Origin: an uncultured Burkholderiales bacterium
GTDB taxonomy: Bacteria > Pseudomonadota > Gammaproteobacteria > Burkholderiales > Burkholderiaceae_C
Assembly (NCBI GenBank): GCA_903842945.1
Contig: CAIMNS010000049.1
Location: forward strand, 4,759 to 68,758
DNA length: 64,000 bases
Direction: 5' to 3'
A program made the position numbers and the translations under genes. This document shows, in pieces, positions 43,677-53,625 of this stretch (position 1 is the first letter of the stretch; the number at the start of each line of letters is the position of its first letter). The notes under the pieces were generated by a model. It did no database searches. It worked only from the letters and a program-made list of their open reading frames with translations, and had not been told where the DNA came from.

Positions 43677-43994
43677 ATGAATGCACGACTGACTTGGCCA
43701 TCGAACATCAAAAGTGGAGAGGTGATCAAACTTCGCCTTTTGATTCAGCACCCCATGGACACGGGTTATTTACAAGACTTCACGGGACACTACATTCCTA
43801 GAAATATCATTCAGTGGATCAAAGCCACCTACGATCAAAAGCAAGTTTTTTACGCTCAAACCTCTTCAGGCATAGCGGCAAATCCTTTTTTTGAGTTCTA
43901 CATCAAGGCCACGGTCAGTGGTCTTGTGGTGGTCAATTGGCGAGATGATTTGGGTGTTGAAGGCGAGCTTCGACAGGTCATTTCTGTCAACTAA
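43677..43994 (+). CDS. soxZ: SoxZ-like protein
   Basis: KLRLLIQHPMDTG, IAANPFFEF, WRDDLG. Confidence 0.85.
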   Translation: MNARLTWPSNIKSGEVIKLRLLIQHPMDTGYLQDFTGHYIPRNIIQWIKATYDQKQVFYAQTSSGIAANPFFEFYIKATVSGLVVVNWRDDLGVEGELRQVISVN

Positions 43995-44013
43995 GACGCA
44001 TCGTTGAAAAAAC

Positions 44014-44562
44014 TCAATTCAAAGATTCAGCAATTTTTCTGTAGTGGCTCAAAGGCGGTGTTTGGACATGAGGTACTTTGGCCAAATCGTCATAGCGTCT
44101 GAGTCGAACGGCATCTTGAGCAAAAGGCTGCTGAATATAAATTTGTGCTGCCTTGCTTGAGAAAACGCCACCTTGAAGCTCTAAGGTGTGCTTTGAGGTG
44201 GGAGACAAGGCCTCCCAATAAGAGGGATCCTCAAAACAAAGATAGCGTTTGGCATCGACGTGCAACCTGATGGGAGCAAGGACGTCTTCTGGGAAAAGGG
44301 GGCGTAAAAATGGCAAAGCAATGTATTGATGCAAGTCGTCTTGGTGCTTTGAGGCCTCCTGGTCTTGAGAAAACTCTTGGGTGATCAAGTGTCCTATGTC
44401 ATGCAAAAGTGATGCTGTGATCATTTGCGGTGTTTCATGGGCTGTTTCTGCCAAGTGAGCACATTGAAGGGCATGTTGAAGTTGGCTGATCGCCTCTCCC
44501 GAGTACTGCGAATCGCCCTTGAACACGAGAAGGTCAATGATCTCTGTGACGGTCATTTTCAT
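44014..44562 (-). CDS. PhnZ-like HD-domain diiron phosphonate oxygenase
   Basis: YSGEAISQLQHALQC, LLHDIGH, LH, HVDAKRYL, RRYDDLAK. Confidence 0.85.
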   Translation of the reverse strand: MKMTVTEIIDLLVFKGDSQYSGEAISQLQHALQCAHLAETAHETPQMITASLLHDIGHLITQEFSQDQEASKHQDDLHQYIALPFLRPLFPEDVLAPIRLHVDAKRYLCFEDPSYWEALSPTSKHTLELQGGVFSSKAAQIYIQQPFAQDAVRLRRYDDLAKVPHVQTPPLSHYRKIAESLN

Positions 44563-44573
44563 GGATGGGCTCT

Positions 44574-45344
44574 TTAGATGAGGGCTTTGCGAATTTTGGA
44601 AGAAACGATGTCAATCACACTCACCGTGATCACCACAATGATCATCACGGCTGAGGTCTCTTTGTATTGAAAACTTCGAATGATTTCCCACAGCAAGACG
44701 CCAATGCCACCTGCGCCAACCATACCCACCACGGTTGCAGAACGCACATTGGATTCAAAGCGATAAAGCGTGAAGGAGATCCACAAGGGCATGACTTGAG
44801 GTATCACGCCATAGATGATTTCGTGCAATGCGCCTGCGCCTGTTGAACGAATGCCTTCAATGGGTTGGTGATCAATGGCCTCTACTGCTTCAGAAAAAAG
44901 TTTGGCCAAAATACCCGTGGTATGGATCCAAAGTGCCAAGACCCCTGCAAAGGGCCCTAAGCCAACAGCCACCACAAAAAGCATGGCAAAAACCATCTCG
45001 TTGATGGCGCGAAAAGAATCCATGAGACGTCGAACGGGTTGATGAATCCACCAAGGTACGATATTGGAGGAAGCCAGCAAACCAAATGGCACTGCAGTCA
45101 GCACCGCTAAAAAGGTGCCCCAAAGTGCAATCTCTAGAGTCACCAACATCTCTTCAAAGTAGAGTTTCCAGTGATTGAAGTTAGGCGGGAAAAACTCTGT
45201 GGCGTAGGACTTCATGTTGTCCGAATCCCGCCACAAGTCCATGGGACGCATGTCCGCACCGTTCCAAGATGCCACGAGCATCAAGATCAACAAGCCCCAA
45301 GCAAATTGCAAGAAAAGGCTTCGTTTGGGCTCTGGCGTAGACAT
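44574..45344 (-). CDS. phnE: Phosphonate ABC transporter permease
   Basis: [39 protein letters not shown]. Confidence 0.96.
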   Translation of the reverse strand: MSTPEPKRSLFLQFAWGLLILMLVASWNGADMRPMDLWRDSDNMKSYATEFFPPNFNHWKLYFEEMLVTLEIALWGTFLAVLTAVPFGLLASSNIVPWWIHQPVRRLMDSFRAINEMVFAMLFVVAVGLGPFAGVLALWIHTTGILAKLFSEAVEAIDHQPIEGIRSTGAGALHEIIYGVIPQVMPLWISFTLYRFESNVRSATVVGMVGAGGIGVLLWEIIRSFQYKETSAVMIIVVITVSVIDIVSSKIRKALI

Positions 45345-45358
45345 GCGTTTAAAAAAAC

Positions 45359-46303
45359 TTACTTCAATTCAGCTAATTTTTTATCAATTTCAGCAACGCG
45401 TGTTTTCTTGTCTGCATCGGAAATTGTTGCGTCCGCTTCAATCTTGTTGCGCTGGCTGAAATACTCGAGTTGACGAATAGGCACGAGTTGTTGGTTGGTC
45501 GAAGCCTTGAAGCCAGAGAGTTTGCTGATTTTCATGACGACTTCGCGCTCGCGTGGGTCGCTTTTTGCATAGTTGTAGAAGAAATTCTTGATCTTTGTTT
45601 TTAAAGCCTCTGGCACATCTTTCCTCATGACCATCGGGTCAAGTGGAATGAGAGGAGAGGTCCATACAATCTTGATGTCCTTGAACTTGTCTGGAAAGCG
45701 TTGTTCAATCTTGTCAAGGTTCTCGCTGTTGTTGGTGGCGACATCGACTTGCTTGTTGGCAACCGCCAAGGCATTGGCCTCGTGGTTGGCACTTCTGGTA
45801 ATTTTGAAGGCTGTTTTTGAGTCAACTTTGTTTTGTGCAAAGACATAAAAACCGGGCACTAAAAAACCAGAGGTTGAATTGGGATCTCCATTGCCAAAGC
45901 TCAATGATTTGGCATTTTTCAACACATCATCCACGGTGTTCAAGGGACTGTCTTTGTGGACAATCAAATGTGAGTAATAGCCTTGCGTCCCATCGGCATT
46001 GACCATTTGTGCGAAAACTTCTGCGTTGGAGCGATCCACTGCTTCCATCGCCGCTTTGTTGCCGAACCAAGCGAGTTGAACTTTGTTAAAACGCATGGCT
46101 TCAATGATGCCAGCATAATCGGAAGCAAAAAAAGGCGTGACTTTGACGCCGAGTTGACGACTCATGTCATCAATGAGGGGTTGCCAATCTTGACGCAAAT
46201 TCACCGAAGCCTCGGTGGAAATCAAACCAAAGTTGATATCTTGCGCCATGCTTGAGCAAAAGCTCAAGCACAAGGACAAGGTGAGTAGCAATTTCTTGTA
46301 CAT
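45359..46303 (-). CDS. phnD: Phosphonate ABC transporter substrate-binding protein
   Basis: [44 protein letters not shown]. Start refined to ATG 46303. Confidence 0.96.
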   Translation of the reverse strand: MYKKLLLTLSLCLSFCSSMAQDINFGLISTEASVNLRQDWQPLIDDMSRQLGVKVTPFFASDYAGIIEAMRFNKVQLAWFGNKAAMEAVDRSNAEVFAQMVNADGTQGYYSHLIVHKDSPLNTVDDVLKNAKSLSFGNGDPNSTSGFLVPGFYVFAQNKVDSKTAFKITRSANHEANALAVANKQVDVATNNSENLDKIEQRFPDKFKDIKIVWTSPLIPLDPMVMRKDVPEALKTKIKNFFYNYAKSDPREREVVMKISKLSGFKASTNQQLVPIRQLEYFSQRNKIEADATISDADKKTRVAEIDKKLAELK

Positions 46304-46323
46304 AAAAGACTCCATAAAAGACA

Positions 46324-47175
46324 TCAGGCGATGTGAAAATTAAAAGAAGGCGAGAGGGAAGGGTTGGTGGATGAGCTTGGCGTTGAAAGCTGCTCGGGCT
46401 CGAACAATTCATTGGCTTGTGAGCCATAAAGTTTTTTAAGGAGCTCCACCGTCAACTCGCTAGGAGCTCCGTCAAACACGATCTGGCCTTCTTGAAGACC
46501 AATGATTCGATTGAAATACCTCTTAGCAAACTCCACTTGATGAAGGGATACAAGGATGGTGCAGCCATCTTCCTTGTTGATGTTTCTTAGGATTTCAATC
46601 ACATTTCTTGAAGACTCTGGATCCAAGGACGCAATGGGCTCATCTGCCAAGATCAAATTCGCACCCTGAACCAGCGTGCGAGCAATGGCCGCTCTTTGTT
46701 GCTGCCCACCAGACAGGGTCGACGCGCGCTGGGCATGACACTCATGAATGCCCACTCGTTTGAGGGATTCCAGTGCTTGGTTCTTTTCTGAAGGATGGAA
46801 GTAATGCATCAATCCACGCCAAAGGGGGATGGCGTGAAGCAAGCCGACCAAGACGTTGGTCTGCACGGATAAGCGATCGACCAAATTAAATTGTTGAAAC
46901 ACAAAACCAATTTTTGATCGGATGGAGCGAATATCTTTTGCGATTTGCCCATTTTGTTGAACGCATCGACCCCCCACTTCAATCAAGGATTCTGTCTGCG
47001 TGTCTGCAGCAACCAAGCCTGCGATATGCCGCAAAAGGGTTGACTTGCCTGAACCTGATGCACCAATGAGGGCCACCATTTCTCCTGAACGGACTTCTAA
47101 ATCAACACCACGTAAAACATGCTTGTTGCTGGAGAAATGCTTGTTGAGATTGGATATTTTTAGGGTCGTTGTCAT
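46324..47175 (-). CDS. phnC: Phosphonate ABC transporter ATP-binding protein
   Basis: GASGSGKST, LSGGQQQR, ILADEPIASLDP. Start refined to ATG 47175. Confidence 0.96.
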   Translation of the reverse strand: MTTTLKISNLNKHFSSNKHVLRGVDLEVRSGEMVALIGASGSGKSTLLRHIAGLVAADTQTESLIEVGGRCVQQNGQIAKDIRSIRSKIGFVFQQFNLVDRLSVQTNVLVGLLHAIPLWRGLMHYFHPSEKNQALESLKRVGIHECHAQRASTLSGGQQQRAAIARTLVQGANLILADEPIASLDPESSRNVIEILRNINKEDGCTILVSLHQVEFAKRYFNRIIGLQEGQIVFDGAPSELTVELLKKLYGSQANELFEPEQLSTPSSSTNPSLSPSFNFHIA

Positions 47176-47252
47176 TGGAAATCGTGCAATTTGACCCAGT
47201 TTGACAATACTTTGTGTCAGCTTCTTTACAAACCTCAAATTTGAAGCGCTTT

Positions 47253-48413
47253 TCAGATAATTCTTCTGCCTTTTGACCAGGCCGATTTCACGATCGCGTG
47301 GGTTTTATGAGAAGAAATATTGACAAAATGGGTGTGAATCAAGTCTGCCCGCAAGCCCACCTTGATCGAGCCGCGGTCCATCAAACCCGAAGCCATTGCG
47401 GGGTTGTGGCTGACCGTTGCCAGGGCTTTGGGTAGGGTGTAGACGCCCTCATCGACCAAACGCATCACCGCCGCCAAAAGGCTACTGGGAACATAGTCAG
47501 AGGACAAGATGTCCAACAAGTCCAAGCGAGCCAGATCAATCGCTGCAACGTTGCCAGAATGTGAGCCCCCCCGTACCACATTGGGAGCACCCATGACATT
47601 GAGCATGTGGTTTTCATGTGCAGTTCTTGCCGCGACCAAACTGGTTGGAAATTCAGAGAGAGAGGCTTTTTCACTTGAGGCTTGTAGCACATGCGCTGTG
47701 GTGGTGTCATCGTGACTTGCTAAAGCAATGCCGTGTGTTTGGCAGTAATCAACAAAGTAGGCTCTGTGAGGCTCGGCGTACTTGGCTTGCAAGAGCGGTG
47801 CATTGGCAAGTTGAAACTCAAACTTTTCTTGGCTCCAGCCCTTTTTACCCGTGTAATAGGTTCTAGCGGCCTCTAAATTTTCCCATTGCCTTTGTCCTGG
47901 GGTGTGATCCATCAGTGAGACCAAGCTGAGTTTGGGGTGGCCATGAAAGGGTTTAAAAAGTTCAATGGTATTGGGTGCAGGCAATTCGCATCTCACGTGC
48001 AGATGGTGATCGACTCTGAGCAAATGCTTCTGCTCACAAAACGCCAAGGTTTCTAAAAAGCTGTTCCAAGTTGACCCCCGCAAGCTCTCCGTATCTGCCT
48101 CACCCACGCCCAAGGCATCAAACACGGTGGTGATACCACTGGAGGCGACTTCTGCGTCGTGAGCCAGCAAAGCGGGTAATTCTTCCCAATAGACCTTGGG
48201 CCTGGGCATCAAATGCCGCTCCAAATTGTCCGTATGAATTTCTACAAGTCCAGGCATCAAATAGTCACCCTTCAGATCAACGACCTCAGTAGAGGGTGAC
48301 TTTGAAGGGTCTCCAATGGACGTGATCAGTCCATCTTCAACTTGAACAGATGCCTCAATGATCTCATCGATTAAAACGACCTTGGCGTTGATAAAGAGTG
48401 TTGCTGGTGTCAT
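47253..48413 (-). CDS. phnM: Alpha-D-ribose 1-methylphosphonate 5-triphosphate diphosphatase
   Basis: PGLVEIHTDNLE, MDHTPGQRQ, ASHDD, RGGSHSGN, LSSDYVP. Confidence 0.96.
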   Translation of the reverse strand: MTPATLFINAKVVLIDEIIEASVQVEDGLITSIGDPSKSPSTEVVDLKGDYLMPGLVEIHTDNLERHLMPRPKVYWEELPALLAHDAEVASSGITTVFDALGVGEADTESLRGSTWNSFLETLAFCEQKHLLRVDHHLHVRCELPAPNTIELFKPFHGHPKLSLVSLMDHTPGQRQWENLEAARTYYTGKKGWSQEKFEFQLANAPLLQAKYAEPHRAYFVDYCQTHGIALASHDDTTTAHVLQASSEKASLSEFPTSLVAARTAHENHMLNVMGAPNVVRGGSHSGNVAAIDLARLDLLDILSSDYVPSSLLAAVMRLVDEGVYTLPKALATVSHNPAMASGLMDRGSIKVGLRADLIHTHFVNISSHKTHAIVKSAWSKGRRII

Positions 48414-49126
48414 GTGAATTCGCGAAATTGTGTCATGTCTAGACGTTGAGTTGCCAGGGCTTTGGCAAGCTCTGGATCATGAAAGATACCAATGACTGCA
48501 GTCCCTTGGTGAAGCACTTGTTGGATCAAATCAACGACGATTTGGGTGTTGACTTTGTCCAATGAGGCCGTTGGCTCATCTAAAAGCAAGACGGGCTTTC
48601 TTTTGATCAAATTTCTAGCAATATTGATTCTTTGTTGTTCGCCGCCAGAAAAAGTAGCGGGGGGAAGGTTCCATAAATTCATGGGGATGTTCAGTTGGCT
48701 CAGCACGTCCTTGGCTTTGTCAAGAGACTGATCCCAATCCATGCCACTCCTATCTAGATCTTCAATCAAACTTTCAGCGACGATTTCTAAAGCACTGACT
48801 CTAGGAATGATGCGAAGAAATTGACTGACATAACCCATGAAGTTATTTCTTAATTCGATAACGGTTCTTGGTGGCGCTTGTGTGATGTCCACCGCCAGCC
48901 CATTGTGTGGGGAGAGAACAATTTGACCCTGGCTTGCCCTGTAATTGCCATAAATTAACTTAAGGACAGTGCTTTTGCCCATGCCCGAGGGGCCATCAAG
49001 CACCAAGCATTCGCCTTCAGAGACACTCAAATTGACATGTTTTAGAACGGACAAGACCACACCGTTTTGATTATGAACGGTGAATGTTTTATCGACATCA
49101 ATCAATTCGACGATAGGTTTGTTCAT
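48410..49126 (-). CDS. phnL: C-P lyase system protein PhnL
   Basis: GPSGMGKST, YVSQFLRIIPRV, TFSGGEQQRINIAR. Confidence 0.96.
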   Translation of the reverse strand: MNKPIVELIDVDKTFTVHNQNGVVLSVLKHVNLSVSEGECLVLDGPSGMGKSTVLKLIYGNYRASQGQIVLSPHNGLAVDITQAPPRTVIELRNNFMGYVSQFLRIIPRVSALEIVAESLIEDLDRSGMDWDQSLDKAKDVLSQLNIPMNLWNLPPATFSGGEQQRINIARNLIKRKPVLLLDEPTASLDKVNTQIVVDLIQQVLHQGTAVIGIFHDPELAKALATQRLDMTQFREFT

Positions 49127-49917
49127 GAGCTTAACATGGAGGAGACCAACAGTTGGGTGTACGGATGCTGGGGATCATCCAGGACTTGATCGGTGAGGCC
49201 TTGCTCGACCGCTAGACCATCTTTCATCACCACCATGCGCTGAGACAGGAGCCTGGCAACGGACAAATCGTGGGTCACGATGATTGCAGCCAATTTCATT
49301 TGTTTGACCAAATTGCGAAGCAAATCAAGCAATTTGGCTTGCACGGAAACATCCAAACCCGAGGTGGGTTCATCCATCAACATCAACGTTGGCAAGGTGA
49401 CCAAGTTTCTTGCAATCTGTAAGCGCTGGCGCATACCACCCGAATACTGCCTAGGTGTATCGTCGATGCGGGAAGGGTCGATTTCAACCTTCTCCAACCA
49501 CATACGAGCAGTTTCGCGCAGCTTGGAGTAGTTGCGTTGACCAAGACTCATCAGTCGCTCTGCTACATTGGCCCCAGCCGTCACGTCCATTCTTAATCCA
49601 TCCTCTGAGTTTTGATGGACAAAGCCAATCTCAGTTCTGGACAAGTACCTCAGTGTTGCCTCAGAAATGGCGTGAAGATTCAAGACCTGATCGTCTTTGG
49701 ACGTGAAGAATACATCACCACTGTCGGGTTGGAGTTGTGCGGCAAGGGTTCTCAGAAGGGTAGATTTTCCTGACCCAGATTCTCCTACCACTGCAAGGAT
49801 CTCACCAGGCCAAAGTTCAAACGAGACGCCACGAACGGCAACTCTGCGGCCATAGGATTTATAGATCTCTCGAACGCTCAACAAGGGCTTGGGGTTACTG
49901 CTGCTGATCAAGGTCAT
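49123..49917 (-). CDS. phnK: C-P lyase system protein PhnK
   Basis: GESGSGKST, GMRQRLQIARNLV, LDDPQHPYTQLLVSS. Confidence 0.96.
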   Translation of the reverse strand: MTLISSSNPKPLLSVREIYKSYGRRVAVRGVSFELWPGEILAVVGESGSGKSTLLRTLAAQLQPDSGDVFFTSKDDQVLNLHAISEATLRYLSRTEIGFVHQNSEDGLRMDVTAGANVAERLMSLGQRNYSKLRETARMWLEKVEIDPSRIDDTPRQYSGGMRQRLQIARNLVTLPTLMLMDEPTSGLDVSVQAKLLDLLRNLVKQMKLAAIIVTHDLSVARLLSQRMVVMKDGLAVEQGLTDQVLDDPQHPYTQLLVSSMLSS

Positions 49918-50366
49918 AGATCAATCCTAAAGCTGTGGCCATGCTTTTCAAATCCAAGGGATTCATAAAAGTCATGTGCACGCGTGCGCTTGATGTTGGA
50001 GGATAAAACCATTTTGTAGCAGCCCATTTCTTTAGCGAGTTTCATGGCTTGAAGCATCATTTGTTGTCCGATGCCTTGTCCTTGGTGGTCTTGTGCGACC
50101 ACCACATCTTCAATGATGGCAGAGGCAGATCCCATGTGGCCGATGTTGTGCATGAGCAGAAAAGCGAAGGTGCCGATCAAATCGCAAGGAGTGCTCTCTT
50201 GAAGCGCTACAAATAATTTGTAGTAAGGGTAGGCCTTGAAGGAATGAAAGAGTTCAACGGCACTTTGGGGATCAAGCACTTTTCCGTTGTCAAAGGATGG
50301 TTGTGCATAAAGTTTCAAAATGTTGGGGACATCTGCGTCGGTGGCTTCTCTGATCAACAAGCTCAT
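49914..50366 (-). CDS. GNAT acetyltransferase, probable PhnO-like aminoalkylphosphonate N-acetyltransferase
   Basis: IEDVVVAQDHQGQGIG, CYK..LSS, AH.FYESLGF. Translationally coupled between phnJ and phnK. Confidence 0.7.
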   Translation of the reverse strand: MSLLIREATDADVPNILKLYAQPSFDNGKVLDPQSAVELFHSFKAYPYYKLFVALQESTPCDLIGTFAFLLMHNIGHMGSASAIIEDVVVAQDHQGQGIGQQMMLQAMKLAKEMGCYKMVLSSNIKRTRAHDFYESLGFEKHGHSFRIDL

Positions 50367-51247
50367 GATGGCCTCTCTTGATCAAGCCCTTGTGAAGGGT
50401 CCGCATTTTGCTGTTGTCTTTGTAAACAAAAATCAGAGTCTGAGCAAACATGCATGCGACTGCCCTTGTCATCAACGATGATTTCATCTAAAAAAGTGTC
50501 GTTTGAACCACAGATGTTGCAGTTTTCATTCCAAGTTTGAATTTCAAAAGGATGGTCTTCAAAGCTCAAGCTCTCAACGGCTGTGTAGGGGGGCACGGCA
50601 TAGATTCTTTTCTCTCTTCCAGCTCCAAACAATTGAATGGCTGGGTTTTGATGCATTTTGGGGTTGTCAAATTTGGGTATGGGAGACGGCGACATGATGT
50701 AGCGGTGGTTGACCATCACGGGGTAATCGTAGGTGCTAGAGATATGCCCATACTTTGTGATGTCTTCATACAACTTGACATGCATCAATCCATACTCGGC
50801 CAGTGCGTGCAATTTTCTTGTCTCTGTTTCCTGGGGCTCTAGCCTTTGCATGGGCTCAGGGACTGGGACTTGATAGACCAGTATTTGACCTTCTTGCAAA
50901 GCTTGTTCGGGGATACGGTGGCGAGTTTGAATCACCGAGGCCAGAGTTGTTCGAGTGGTTGTTTCAATCCCTGAGGTATTTTGGAAAAAGCGACGGATGT
51001 TAACAGCGTTCACCGTATCATCGCTGCCTTGATCGATCACTTTTAAAGTGTCATTTTTGCCAAGAATGCTAGCGGTCACTTGAATGCCTCCGGTACCCCA
51101 TCCATAGGGCAAGGGCATCTCTCGGGAGCCAAAGGGCACTTGGTAGCCGGGAATGGCAATGGCTTTGAGCAATGCGCGACGAATCATCCTTTTTGTTCGC
51201 TCGTCGAGGTAGGCAAAATTGACCTTTTCTTCGTCGAAGTTATTCAT
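50363..51247 (-). CDS. phnJ: C-P lyase radical SAM protein
   Basis: NFAYLDERTKRMIRRA, MPLPYGWGTGG, CNIC-X21-CSDSDFC cluster motif. Start refined to ATG 51247. Confidence 0.98.
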   Translation of the reverse strand: MNNFDEEKVNFAYLDERTKRMIRRALLKAIAIPGYQVPFGSREMPLPYGWGTGGIQVTASILGKNDTLKVIDQGSDDTVNAVNIRRFFQNTSGIETTTRTTLASVIQTRHRIPEQALQEGQILVYQVPVPEPMQRLEPQETETRKLHALAEYGLMHVKLYEDITKYGHISSTYDYPVMVNHRYIMSPSPIPKFDNPKMHQNPAIQLFGAGREKRIYAVPPYTAVESLSFEDHPFEIQTWNENCNICGSNDTFLDEIIVDDKGSRMHVCSDSDFCLQRQQQNADPSQGLDQERPS

Positions 51248-52379
51248 CGTCGTGCTCGAACTTGGGTGGATTGGATTCATTCAAAGCATGTTGTGATTGA
51301 GTTCGCATCTTTCTCACAAGTTCCAATTCTGACTGAAAGTCCACATAGTGGGGCAGCTTCAGATGTTGAACAAAACCAGAGGCTTCAAGACTGTCGCTGT
51401 GAGACAAGACGAATTCTTGCATTTGTGCGGGAGACTCAACTTTTTCTCCAAGTTCCTCTGCTCGCAAGGCCCGATCGACCAAACTCATGGCCATTGCTTT
51501 TCTCTCACAATGGCCAAAGGTCAGTCCATATCCCCTGGTGAATTGAGGGGGTGTGCTTTTATTGCCAGCAAATTGATTGATCATTTCGCATTCGGTGAAC
51601 TCGATGTCACCCAAAGAAATCGCGAACCCGAGCTCTTCAACGTCTATTTCTATCTCTAAAGAACCCATGCGAATTTCGCCCACAAAGGGGTGGGTATGGG
51701 AGTAGCCTCTTTGTGTCGAATAGGCCATAGATAAGAGAAAGCCTTCATCTGCACGTGCTAAATTCTGCAAGCGGGTCGCTCGACTTGCAGGAAAGGACAA
51801 GGGTTCACGTGTCAAGTCAACAGGTGGCTCAGCATCTTGAAGGGGTTGACTCTTTTCAATCAAGGCTTCATCGTTCAACAAATCCACAACCCTTGGGAAA
51901 TGCACGACCTCTTGGCTGGAGGGTGGCTGTTGACTGGGGGTGGCCAATTCGTCGGTGGTGGGACCCTCTTGACTTGCCAGAAGGCTAAAGTCAAGAAGTC
52001 TTTGCGTGTAATCAAAGGTTGGCCCAAGCATTTGTCCACCTGGTAAATCTTTGAATGTCGCTGAGATTCTTCTGTCCAAACGCATGTTAGCGGTCTCAAG
52101 CGGTAAGGTGCTTCCAAAGCGCGGGAGAGTTGTTCGATAGGCTCTTAACAAAAAGATAGCCTCAACGAGATCCCCGCTGGATTGTTTGATGGCCAAGGCA
52201 GCAAGTTCGGGGTCATAAAGGGAGCCCTCTGTCATGACCCGATCGACGGCAAGTTTGAGTTGCTCTTGAATTTGTTGGACATTCAACTCAGCAATGTGCT
52301 TTTGCCCACGACGTTGTTCATTCAAACGTTCGTAACTTTTTTGAATGGCCGATTCACCGCCTTTGACTGCAACGTACAT
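51240..52379 (-). CDS. phnI: C-P lyase complex subunit PhnI
   Basis: MYVAVKGGE, RRISATFKD.PGGQ.LGPT, SGFVQHLKLPHYVDFQSE. Confidence 0.98.
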   Translation of the reverse strand: MYVAVKGGESAIQKSYERLNEQRRGQKHIAELNVQQIQEQLKLAVDRVMTEGSLYDPELAALAIKQSSGDLVEAIFLLRAYRTTLPRFGSTLPLETANMRLDRRISATFKDLPGGQMLGPTFDYTQRLLDFSLLASQEGPTTDELATPSQQPPSSQEVVHFPRVVDLLNDEALIEKSQPLQDAEPPVDLTREPLSFPASRATRLQNLARADEGFLLSMAYSTQRGYSHTHPFVGEIRMGSLEIEIDVEELGFAISLGDIEFTECEMINQFAGNKSTPPQFTRGYGLTFGHCERKAMAMSLVDRALRAEELGEKVESPAQMQEFVLSHSDSLEASGFVQHLKLPHYVDFQSELELVRKMRTQSQHALNESNPPKFEHDDE

Positions 52380-53024
52380 TTAGACTTCTCTTGGTAAAAA
52401 TGACAACAGGCTTGTTCTTGGCAAGCCAACGAGGGTTTCACCATCACTAAAAAAAACATCTACGCCACAAGGAAAGAGCGCATGGTTCGAATTCCAAAAG
52501 TCAAGCCACAGCTTGCATTCTTCTTTTGACCAACCAAAGATTTGTAACTCATGAGTTTCTTTGATGCCAGGACCTTGGAGCACAAAAACCCCTTGGTCAG
52601 ATTTTTTTGTCAAACTCTCCACTTCAATGATGCAAATGGCAGAGCGGTCCGGGTATGGATCGCTTCCGGTTTGAAGTTGACTCAAGGCAGGACATTCAGC
52701 AACGTGCTTGATCCACACAAAATCTGCTGTTTTGATGTCTTCAGTGATGGTGCAATCGGTATGAAACTGAAGCCACGTGCTGGCCAGCGTGTTGCGCAAG
52801 GAGTCCGACAGCCACAAGGATGTTTCTGAGTCCAAAAGGGCCAAGAGCAAGCCAGAGGCAACGGGATTCAAACCCAGTGGTGGACTTGCATCGTGATGGA
52901 GTGTGTTCAACCTTCCAGGATAAGACAGTGCATTCAAAGCAGTGCGAAAAATGAATTGGCTGCTGTGCGTTTCATCACCAAATCCAGGTGAAAGGGTGGC
53001 CAGGTCAGTGATGGGTTCGTTCAT
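52380..53024 (-). CDS. phnH: C-P lyase system protein PhnH
   Basis: FR..L.ALSYPG, LLD.ET.LW, GSDPYPDRSA, LQGPGI, FPCGVD, GLPRT. Confidence 0.94.
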   Translation of the reverse strand: MNEPITDLATLSPGFGDETHSSQFIFRTALNALSYPGRLNTLHHDASPPLGLNPVASGLLLALLDSETSLWLSDSLRNTLASTWLQFHTDCTITEDIKTADFVWIKHVAECPALSQLQTGSDPYPDRSAICIIEVESLTKKSDQGVFVLQGPGIKETHELQIFGWSKEECKLWLDFWNSNHALFPCGVDVFFSDGETLVGLPRTSLLSFLPREV

Positions 53025-53031
53025 GTCTGTA

Positions 53032-53517
53032 TCAACCACCGGCTTCTCTAGCAACCGTAAAAAAATCAACTTTGGTTTCTTGAGCTTTCTTGTTTTTTTG
53101 ATCGCTGATCATTGTCAAATGTTGTTGGATCGGATCGATGAGTTTTTCAAGCCAATAGAGTTGATGGGTGGTGTCTTGTAGCAACGCATCTCCAAGACTT
53201 GCGAGAAAAGCCCGTCTTTTTGAACGGCCAAGGACGTAGGCTATACCGACAAGCTCATGATGTTGGGCGTCTTTGATTTTGATGGCGCATCGTGTTACAG
53301 TCATCTCACCTAAATTGAACGGCTCACCATTTCCACCGATGCGGCCCTTGACCATCATCAATCCAGTTTCAGGTTTTCTAAGCCACAGGGGTTCTTCTGG
53401 AATATGATCCTTCAAGGCCTCCAAAAGCATGGAAGTGGGTGCTCGAGAAAGCCATTTCATCCAATCCGCTCTGGATTTTGATGGGTCAATGGGGTTGGTG
53501 TTTGAATTTCGAAGCAT
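53032..53517 (-). CDS. phnG: C-P lyase system protein PhnG
   Basis: PETGLMMVKGR.GG.GEPFNLGEMTVTRC, DALLQ. Confidence 0.95.
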   Translation of the reverse strand: MLRNSNTNPIDPSKSRADWMKWLSRAPTSMLLEALKDHIPEEPLWLRKPETGLMMVKGRIGGNGEPFNLGEMTVTRCAIKIKDAQHHELVGIAYVLGRSKRRAFLASLGDALLQDTTHQLYWLEKLIDPIQQHLTMISDQKNKKAQETKVDFFTVAREAGG

Positions 53518-53566
53518 GAAAATGTATACTTAGGTTGTCTATTTCAGATAAACCTTCACAAAGTTC

Positions 53567-53600
53567 ATCTTATAACTCCAATATGAAGATTGAGTGACAG
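53567..53600 (-). promoter_or_regulatory. Pho box promoter for the phnG operon
   Basis: CTGTCAC-TCAA-TCTTCAT (53600-53583), 10 bp, then TAAGAT (53572-53567). Confidence 0.85.
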
Positions 53601-53625
53601 ATGGATTTTAAGCAAGCTTCATAAC

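Noticed and set aside
43135-43994. Canonical Sox thiosulfate oxidation
   Set aside because: No GGCGG arm and no soxABCDX in the window.
47176-47252. Possible internal Pho box before phnC (TTGTCAA/GGTCAAA, CTGACAC)
   Set aside because: Half-sites are not at 11-bp spacing and there is no N10 -10 element.
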